A DNA stretch of 64,000 nt from a virus: the IMG/VR virus record IMGVR_UViG_3300032246_003079; one strand, written 5' to 3'. Positions within the stretch are counted from its first letter, which is position 1; every line of letters begins with the position of its first letter. Positions 57,248 to 64,000 of the stretch are shown piece after piece. Position numbers and translations under genes: made by a program. Below the pieces are notes generated by a model. The model was not told where the DNA came from, did no database searches, and saw only the letters and a list, made by a program, of their open reading frames with translations.

Positions 57248-60142
57248 TCATCGATTACCAGAAATTAAATTTAACATTTCTTCTATTGTGGATGCATCAT
57301 CAAACATATCGTCACCCATTACTGTTGAAATAATTTTCTTTTTTCTATTTAAGATGTCGTAAATTGCACCTTCTATTGTATTTTCAAAAAGAGGGTAATA
57401 AACTGATGTTGAATTTTTTTGACCAATTCTATGTGACCTATCTTCTGCTTGTGAATGTTCAGCTGGAACAAAAGATAAATCATTCATAATAACGGCCTCA
57501 GCAGATGTTAAAGTAATACCAACACCGGCAGCCTTCAAGTTTCCAACAAATACTTTGATTTTATCATTTGTTTGAAATTCATCAACCGCGTTTTGTCTGT
57601 GGAACTTAGAACAACTACCATCTAAATAAACCGCAGATTTACCAAAGTGATTATAGATTTGATTTAATGTGTCGGTAAAGTTTGTAAATATAATGACCTT
57701 TTTACCTTGTTCTATAATGTTCTCCGCTAACTCGATTGTGTTATTAATTTTTTCTTGTGCGATTACTTTTCTTACTTTCATTAGTTTACCAAACTGAATT
57801 GTAAGTGACGATGACTCTTCAGGGTTTTGGTCATACCAATCAAAATATTCACCCATTAATTCTTCGTAGTCTTTTGATTTGAGTCTCAAATAAACAGGTG
57901 TGATAATTTTTTCAGGTAAATCCAAAACTTCTTCTTTTAACCTTCTTAGAATGTGTGTTGAGGTTCTTTCTCTTAATTCATCAAGATTAGATGCTCCTGT
58001 GACGTTCCACACCTTTCTTTTTCCAACACTAAATTGAAATCCATTACAATATCTTATGGCGTAAGCCATCCAATTTGCAGCAACAGGACTTCCAACGATA
58101 TTTAATAAGTTATAATAATTCATTGGTCTTGATGTCATTGGTGTTCCCGACAATAACCAAACCCTATTTGATTTACTTGCAATATCGTTAGCGATTTTTG
58201 TTCTTAAAGCTTTTGGATTAGCAATTACATGAGCTTCATCCATGATTACTAAATCAAAATCAATTTTCATTATTTCTGATTTATCTTTTTCTTTGGCGTC
58301 ATGGAAATTTTTTAGAATGTCGTAGTTCACAATAACAAAATCATGTTTATCTGAAAATTTCTTACCTTCTGCGATATAAACAGACCTATCTGAATAATTT
58401 GCAATCTCTCTTTGCCAATTTATTTTTAAAGATGCGGGACAAATTATTAATATTTTTTTTGCACCTGTTTCTAAAGAAGAGATAATTGTAGAAGTGGTGT
58501 TATGTGTTACAATACAATGTTCTGTAACATATAGTTTATCAGGAGCATCAACCGATATACAAACACTTTCTTCAAAACCAACTTTTTCAATATTTTTAAT
58601 ATATCTTCCGGTGGGGTATTTTTTTGGTTCAATGTATTTGTTAGCCTTTCGTTTTAATCTGAACGGATTCATACCCTTTGGTAATTTAATATTAACTCTA
58701 TAAGCTAACTTACCTTTCTTTTTTTCACCCTTATAAGTATATGTTGGGATACAAGTTTTGACTCTTGCAACTCCTCCTAATGTTTGTACTACTTCAACAA
58801 CATCATTACAAAGTTGTTTTGATGTTGTACAATAATCAGTCCCAATAAAACTATTACCATTATACATACAATGCCCGTCAGTATCCATTAACCCTTGTAA
58901 AATTGATAATCTATTTTCAACTGATGAAAACTTGTATATGTCGGGAATAAATTTAGTGTCTGACCCACATCCCATCAAGTTTAAATTTTTTAAAATTTGT
59001 ATAACTTCATTTGTGTAACCATCGATTTTAGTTATTCTATAACTGTATCTTGAATTTTTTTGTTTAACTATTTGTGAATTTTTTGGTAATGCGGTTTCAA
59101 TATAACCCACAATTTCATCGTCTTTTGTTGTAAAATTAATATTTTTTTGTGTTATACCACCATCACCTAATGTAAGTCCTAACAAATAAGGGTCAATCAT
59201 AAGATTATCATTTCGTTCAAATTGTATTGGTTTCACTATTGGGATTTGCCATTTATTATTTCCGTTTGGTGATTTATAATAAGTTTCAATTTCATATTCC
59301 TTATTTTTATTATGGTTAATGCCTTTAACTTTAATTTTACCTCCCTCATACATTTGTTTTGTTGATAAAACTAAAGATTTTTTTAATCTTTCGTTTTTTC
59401 TATTTTTACCGTAATTAGGGGATGAAACAGACCATAAATGTTCATCTCCTGATAAAATTGAAAACCCGTCATTAAATGTAATTTTATATGTTTCCTTAAA
59501 CCCTTGTGGAAATACACCTATTACATTATGGGATTTACCATCACTACCAATAACCTTATCACCAATTTTTATATCACCAATTTTTTTAGTACCTTTAGGT
59601 GTATAAACAGGCGTATTGACCGGTAAAAACTTACCCAAACCCATATCATCCGCCAAAATAAACTTTTTATTACCAACCAATTTTTCAATAGCTACCTTTT
59701 GATGTTCCATTGGTGGTCTAACGTCATACTTACTATAATCAATTGAAATATTTTTAACTTCATTATCTTTTAGTAATGCTGATTTTGGCATCCAAAAGTC
59801 GTGTAAAGTTTCACCTGAAAAGATTTTACCCCAAATATGATACGCTTTATCCTTTTCAACCAATAACTTTTCAACATATATTTCAGAAGGTTCTTTGGTG
59901 TACATCTTATCTTCCATTAGTTTTTTACCAAAATATGAATCAAGTTTGACCCATTTTTTTGCAACTTTTGGTTGTGTTGTGTTATAATTATTGATATAAT
60001 CCGCCTGTGGTCTTGTAGGAACAAAAGACTTACTATTCTCTTTTTTGTGTTTTAAATTTAGGATATAGTTATTTGACCCTTCGTAATTGTCTAATATTAA
60101 AAGGGCTTTTGATTCGGGTGTTTTAGGCACAAAATCTTCCAT
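57248..60142 (-). CDS. SNF2/HARP-like helicase interrupted by an intein
   Basis: ADDMGLGK|TT, MDEAH, LSGTP, QAEDRSHRIGQ. Confidence 0.92.
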   Translation of the reverse strand: MEDFVPKTPESKALLILDNYEGSNNYILNLKHKKENSKSFVPTRPQADYINNYNTTQPKVAKKWVKLDSYFGKKLMEDKMYTKEPSEIYVEKLLVEKDKAYHIWGKIFSGETLHDFWMPKSALLKDNEVKNISIDYSKYDVRPPMEHQKVAIEKLVGNKKFILADDMGLGKFLPVNTPVYTPKGTKKIGDIKIGDKVIGSDGKSHNVIGVFPQGFKETYKITFNDGFSILSGDEHLWSVSSPNYGKNRKNERLKKSLVLSTKQMYEGGKIKVKGINHNKNKEYEIETYYKSPNGNNKWQIPIVKPIQFERNDNLMIDPYLLGLTLGDGGITQKNINFTTKDDEIVGYIETALPKNSQIVKQKNSRYSYRITKIDGYTNEVIQILKNLNLMGCGSDTKFIPDIYKFSSVENRLSILQGLMDTDGHCMYNGNSFIGTDYCTTSKQLCNDVVEVVQTLGGVARVKTCIPTYTYKGEKKKGKLAYRVNIKLPKGMNPFRLKRKANKYIEPKKYPTGRYIKNIEKVGFEESVCISVDAPDKLYVTEHCIVTHNTTSTIISSLETGAKKILIICPASLKINWQREIANYSDRSVYIAEGKKFSDKHDFVIVNYDILKNFHDAKEKDKSEIMKIDFDLVIMDEAHVIANPKALRTKIANDIASKSNRVWLLSGTPMTSRPMNYYNLLNIVGSPVAANWMAYAIRYCNGFQFSVGKRKVWNVTGASNLDELRERTSTHILRRLKEEVLDLPEKIITPVYLRLKSKDYEELMGEYFDWYDQNPEESSSLTIQFGKLMKVRKVIAQEKINNTIELAENIIEQGKKVIIFTNFTDTLNQIYNHFGKSAVYLDGSCSKFHRQNAVDEFQTNDKIKVFVGNLKAAGVGITLTSAEAVIMNDLSFVPAEHSQAEDRSHRIGQKNSTSVYYPLFENTIEGAIYDILNRKKKIISTVMGDDMFDDASTIEEMLNLISGNR
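58499..59629 (-). mobile_element. Class-3 intein (377 aa) with LAGLIDADG endonuclease in Walker A
   Basis: Starts FLPVNTPV, HLW block B, VCISV block F, VTHN/T end; LLGLTLGDG and LQGLMDTDG. Confidence 0.9.
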
Positions 60143-60197
60143 AGTTTATTAAAATATAATAAAATTCAAGAAAAAATCAATCAAAGTATTTATAGGT

Positions 60198-60713
60198 ATG
60201 ACACAACCTAAAGTTCCAATAACAAGATTAAATAAGTTTTTTGCAGAAGAAGACTTCAATTTAGATATAAAAATGGGAAGAGAATGGTTAGAGGGGGATA
60301 TGAACTTCACTTTAGTTTTATATAAAGTTGATAGACAAAAAACAAACAACGACGATGTGTATGGTGAAGCCTTAAAAGGTGGGATACAATTTTTACCACC
60401 AATAGAATTTAAAGGTTTGGTCAAAATAGAGGCTCCTGCAAACCAAGACTATGGCTCAACAAAATTAGAACAGTTAGAGCCAGGTAATTTAACTGTTAGT
60501 GTTTATCAAGATTATTTAGACGATTTAGAAATTGATATAGAATATGGTGATTATATTGGATACTATGAAACAGAAAGTAGAGTTAGATATTATAGTGTGG
60601 TAAATGATGGTAGGGTGTTTACTGACAATAAACATACCTATGGTGGTTATAAAAGATTTTATAGAACGATTGTTGCGACTCCTGTCACCAATAATGAATT
60701 TGAAGGAATTTAA
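60198..60713 (+). CDS. Head-closure/neck protein (gp14-like)
   Basis: DDVYGE motif, position before tail completion and sheath genes. Confidence 0.55.
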   Translation: MTQPKVPITRLNKFFAEEDFNLDIKMGREWLEGDMNFTLVLYKVDRQKTNNDDVYGEALKGGIQFLPPIEFKGLVKIEAPANQDYGSTKLEQLEPGNLTVSVYQDYLDDLEIDIEYGDYIGYYETESRVRYYSVVNDGRVFTDNKHTYGGYKRFYRTIVATPVTNNEFEGI

Positions 60714-60720
60714 TTAAATT

Positions 60721-61953
60721 ATGGCTTTTCCAAAACAAGTAAAAAAACATTTACCTTTGATTCCACAAAAGTTTGGTGTGGAAAGAAGAGAAGAAATGCT
60801 CGAAGACATAACAAGACATGGGACGTTTTTACCAAAAGGGGTATTACATGCCGATTTGGACAGGGGGTTTTTAGATTTTGTTAAAGACAAATTGGAATTA
60901 GTTGTTGATGAAAAAAAAGTACCTTTGATTGATAGAATTATAACCAATCAAAATTGGATGCAATTTACACAAACGTGGAATTTTCAAGATTTAGATAAAA
61001 ATATATCATTACCTTTTTTAGCAATTGTAAGAACTCCTGAAGTTAAACCAGGTAAATATGTTGGAGGTAAATTTAATGTCCCTGAAAAACTTAGAATTAA
61101 TTATTTTACAGTACCAACATGGGATGGTCAAAGAAAAGGTGCTGATGTCTATAAAGTTCCACAACCAGTGGCTGTTGATATTGTTTACAATTTAAAGTTG
61201 TTTTGTAATCGAATGAGAGAAAACAACGAGTTTAACAAAATTGTTATGCAAACATTTGCATCGGCTCAATCTTATACTCAAATAAATGGTCACTATATGC
61301 CAATAATGATGGAAGAAGTGTCCGATGAGTCCGTAAAAGAATTAGAAAAAAGAAAATACTACATCATAAATTATAAGTTGACACTACAAGGATTTTTATT
61401 AGATGAAGAAGATTTTCAAGTTTCTCCAGCAATATCAAGATATATGACGATGTTTGAAGTAGATACAAAAATTAAAAGTAGACGAGTTGAAATTGAACCT
61501 CCACGACCCGACAACTTTGATTTTGATTTTACTTTTTTACCCGGAGTAACACAATTATCTGAAGTTTTTAGATATACTGCAGATTTAAAAGTTGTTGAAT
61601 TGCAAAATTTATCAAGTTGTTATAATTTTAATTATACCGCAACCACAAACAACACTTTAAATTTTGTAACATGTAATAGTGGACCATCAATTATATCAGG
61701 AATAACAAGTGGTAATACAGGTACTATTTGTGTTCAAGGAGGTACTTTCCCTGTATTTTCAAACCCAACAGGTGCGACAACAAATTCAACAACATCTTGT
61801 GGTAGCGCGTTTTCTGTTTATATAAATGGTCTTTACATAGGTGATGATTTGGATGTGATTCAAGTTAATGATGGAGACTCTCTATTAATAAAGGCATATA
61901 AAAGTTTAATTACTCAAACATCGGTAATTAAAACTGTCGCCTATTTTGTTTAA
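60721..61953 (+). CDS. Tail completion/terminator-like protein (gp15 position)
   Basis: LPFLAIVR, PQPVAVDIVY pattern; position. Confidence 0.5.
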   Translation: MAFPKQVKKHLPLIPQKFGVERREEMLEDITRHGTFLPKGVLHADLDRGFLDFVKDKLELVVDEKKVPLIDRIITNQNWMQFTQTWNFQDLDKNISLPFLAIVRTPEVKPGKYVGGKFNVPEKLRINYFTVPTWDGQRKGADVYKVPQPVAVDIVYNLKLFCNRMRENNEFNKIVMQTFASAQSYTQINGHYMPIMMEEVSDESVKELEKRKYYIINYKLTLQGFLLDEEDFQVSPAISRYMTMFEVDTKIKSRRVEIEPPRPDNFDFDFTFLPGVTQLSEVFRYTADLKVVELQNLSSCYNFNYTATTNNTLNFVTCNSGPSIISGITSGNTGTICVQGGTFPVFSNPTGATTNSTTSCGSAFSVYINGLYIGDDLDVIQVNDGDSLLIKAYKSLITQTSVIKTVAYFV

Positions 61954-62108
61954 TATTCACCGTATATATCTTTAGGTTTACTACAAGTTTTAATTATCAA
62001 ATTTTCTAAAAACTTATACAGTTTCAAACCATTTTTTTCACAGTAAGTTTTTAATACTGAATGAGCGTCATCAGATATTTTAATGTTTTTAATTTTTTTA
62101 TTTTTCAT
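61950..62108 (-). CDS. Small ribbon-helix-helix-like DNA-binding protein
   Basis: KNIKISDDAHSVLKTYC..GLK..FLE.LI; probable ATG at 62108. Confidence 0.6.
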   Translation of the reverse strand: MKNKKIKNIKISDDAHSVLKTYCEKNGLKLYKFLENLIIKTCSKPKDIYGEY

Positions 62109-62128
62109 AATAATTTGAGGTGAGAAAA

Positions 62129-62150
62129 AAGGCAGAATTTTGTCTGCCTT
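62129..62150. other. Intergenic inverted repeat
   Basis: AAGGCAGA-ATTTTG-TCTGCCTT between the divergent RHH and sheath genes. Confidence 0.5.
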
Positions 62151-62238
62151 ATCAGATAAATATATTATTGTCAATAGTTTTTTGCAAAAATTCAATGTAT
62201 TTATATAGAAAACATAAAAAGCTAAAACATAATTTAAA

Positions 62239-64000
62239 ATGGCATCTAGTAATAAGGTTTTCGTCTCACCTGGTGTTTACACTTCAGAAAGAGATTTAAC
62301 TTTTGTTGCACAAAGCGTTGGTGTAACAACTTTAGGTATTGTCGGTGAAACCATTCAGGGTCCCGCATTTGAACCTATTTTCATAACAAACTTTGACGAA
62401 TATCAAGTTTATTTTGGGGGAACAAGTCCTGAAAAATTTGTAAATACACAAATACCAAAATATGAGGCGTCTTATATTGCAAAGGCTTACTTAAGTCAAT
62501 CAAATCAATTATTTGTAACAAGAATACTTGGATTATCAGGTTACGATGCTGGACCATCTTGGTCAGTTGTTACTATTGCAAATCCAAATCCTGCAACAAT
62601 AGCAGCAACAGGAAATACGACAGGTATTACATTAAACTTTACAGGAAAAACGGGTACTAGTGGAAATATTACAATTACAAGTATTCCGTCACAACTAAGT
62701 GCTGATTTTAATAAGACATACACAACTTATAACGGAGGAACTTCTACATTAAATGCTGATTTTCAAAACTTTATTTCTACTAACGTTAATAGCTTTAGTG
62801 TGAGTGCGTCTACTTCAGGAAAAACTGCAATTTATTGGGGGACTTTAAGTGCGAATACATTAACATATGTGTCGGGGTCTTCAGTGAATACCGTAACAGC
62901 AACTTCTGAAACATTCGGAGTGAATAATGTTAATTTATCTTTAGCTAATCTTTCCGCAGATACAAACGATACATGGTATTACGCATTATTTGATTATAAT
63001 AAAGTTCAAAGTGTTGGTTCGTATTATGGGTATGGTTTTGGAGCATCAATTAAGGGAATTGCATCTATAGGTGGTGGAGTATATTCAGGTCAGTGTAATA
63101 TTGGTATGACATTCTACTCAGGTTCACCTTATAGTGAATGGGATGATTTAGTTGTATCAACACTACGCTCAAGAGGTCTTACCACATATTCTTCAACACA
63201 ACACGGACCAAAATATTGGGTTACAGGAACAAGTGATGTTCAAATGGTATGTACTGGTACATATTCAGCAGTTACAAGTGACCCATATTCAACTTTTGTA
63301 ATATCAGGTATTACATATGATTCTGAAACATTTAGTTTTGAAACCTCAATGTTGTCTACAAATTCTAACTATATGTCAAGTTTGTTTGGTAAATCAAACT
63401 TTGCAAAAGATAGAAACGCAGTTCCAATTTTTGTTGAGGAAATTTACCCAAGTTTATTAAATTCAGGATATAACAATAGTAAAATTAGAGGTTTATACTG
63501 TGATTTAATTGCATTAGACAGTGCTGAATCATTAAATACTGAAACTATTGGTTTCTATTTAGAACAATATCAAACACCTAAAACTCCTTACTTAGTATCT
63601 GAACTAAGAGGTAATTTGGTTTATAACTTATTTAGATTTGTATTAATTTCTGATGGTAACGCAGCTAATAGACTTGTAAAAATATCAATAGGTAATATAT
63701 CTTTTACAAACAATACTTTTGACGTGTTTGTTAGAGACTTTTATGATACTGACCAAAATGTAAAAGTAGTAGAAAGTTTCACAAACTGTTCATTAGACCC
63801 TTCACAAAATAACTTTATAGCAAATAAAATTGGTACTTCTAATGGTGAATATCAAGTAAAATCTAAATACTTGATGATTGAAATGGCCGATGAAGCACCA
63901 ACAGACGCACTACCTTGTGGATTTGAGGGTTATATCATGAGAGAATACTCAAACGCAACACCTCCTTTTGTAATATACAAAACAAAATATTTAAAACCGG
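62239..64000 (+). CDS. Tail sheath protein (gp18-like), 3'-partial; missing from the ORF track
   Basis: MASSNKVFVSPGVYTSERDLT...GET..GPAFEP; frame runs off the window. Confidence 0.92.
   Translation, partial: MASSNKVFVSPGVYTSERDLTFVAQSVGVTTLGIVGETIQGPAFEPIFITNFDEYQVYFGGTSPEKFVNTQIPKYEASYIAKAYLSQSNQLFVTRILGLSGYDAGPSWSVVTIANPNPATIAATGNTTGITLNFTGKTGTSGNITITSIPSQLSADFNKTYTTYNGGTSTLNADFQNFISTNVNSFSVSASTSGKTAIYWGTLSANTLTYVSGSSVNTVTATSETFGVNNVNLSLANLSADTNDTWYYALFDYNKVQSVGSYYGYGFGASIKGIASIGGGVYSGQCNIGMTFYSGSPYSEWDDLVVSTLRSRGLTTYSSTQHGPKYWVTGTSDVQMVCTGTYSAVTSDPYSTFVISGITYDSETFSFETSMLSTNSNYMSSLFGKSNFAKDRNAVPIFVEEIYPSLLNSGYNNSKIRGLYCDLIALDSAESLNTETIGFYLEQYQTPKTPYLVSELRGNLVYNLFRFVLISDGNAANRLVKISIGNISFTNNTFDVFVRDFYDTDQNVKVVESFTNCSLDPSQNNFIANKIGTSNGEYQVKSKYLMIEMADEAPTDALPCGFEGYIMREYSNATPPFVIYKTKYLKP

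Noticed and set aside
1493-62723. Antisense and nested short ORFs in the track (e.g. 2565-2855, 7565-7969, 9797-10225, 16104-16514, 37389-37796, 55050-55403, 62541-62723)
   Set aside because: They are shadows of well-supported genes and lack motifs or expression signals.
1-64000. Stop-codon reassignment
   Set aside because: Long genes are intact in code 11, and both TAG (TerL) and TGA (KTSC, ATGA overlaps) terminate genes. TGA readthrough at 45596 would hit TAA two codons later.
1-64000. tRNA, rRNA, reverse transcriptase/DGR
   Set aside because: No cloverleaf, rRNA-like segment, RT motif or template/variable repeat pair was recognised by eye. A covariance-model scan was not possible.

Overview
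AT-rich segment of a large (jumbo/huge) T4-like myovirus, most likely infecting Bacteroidota. Host evidence: a TTTG-N19-TAnnTTTG promoter, Bacteroidota-type DnaK and bS21, and A-rich leaders without Shine-Dalgarno sequences. Contents in order: peptidase, ClpC-like ATPase and DnaK; head module (TerL, portal, bS21, prohead protease, scaffold, gp23 capsid); baseplate/spike genes; gp55-like late sigma factor; an ~18 kb glycosylation/nucleotide-sugar locus with PhoH, NadE, dUTPase and two free-standing endonucleases; PolB; neck proteins; a SOD fusion; an intein-containing SNF2 helicase; and the start of the tail sheath gene. The strongest new signal is at 45586-45682 (minus strand). A glycosyltransferase is broken inside its N-terminal motif by 13 extra nt (Gly codon GGC, TGA stop, 7 nt, Gly codon GGA). 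A 22-bp GC-rich hairpin ends on the first Gly codon, and an upstream Vsr/EDxHD-type endonuclease overlaps the gene start. This is a candidate translational-bypassing plus homing-endonuclease cassette analogous to T4 mobA/gene 60. Other signals: a strand-specific TATTTAT late-promoter motif, (I/L)xE tags on putative capsid cargo, an [S/T]GxT motif enriched in virion proteins, and a class-3 intein starting with Phe. All family assignments come from motif recognition by eye, without database searches.
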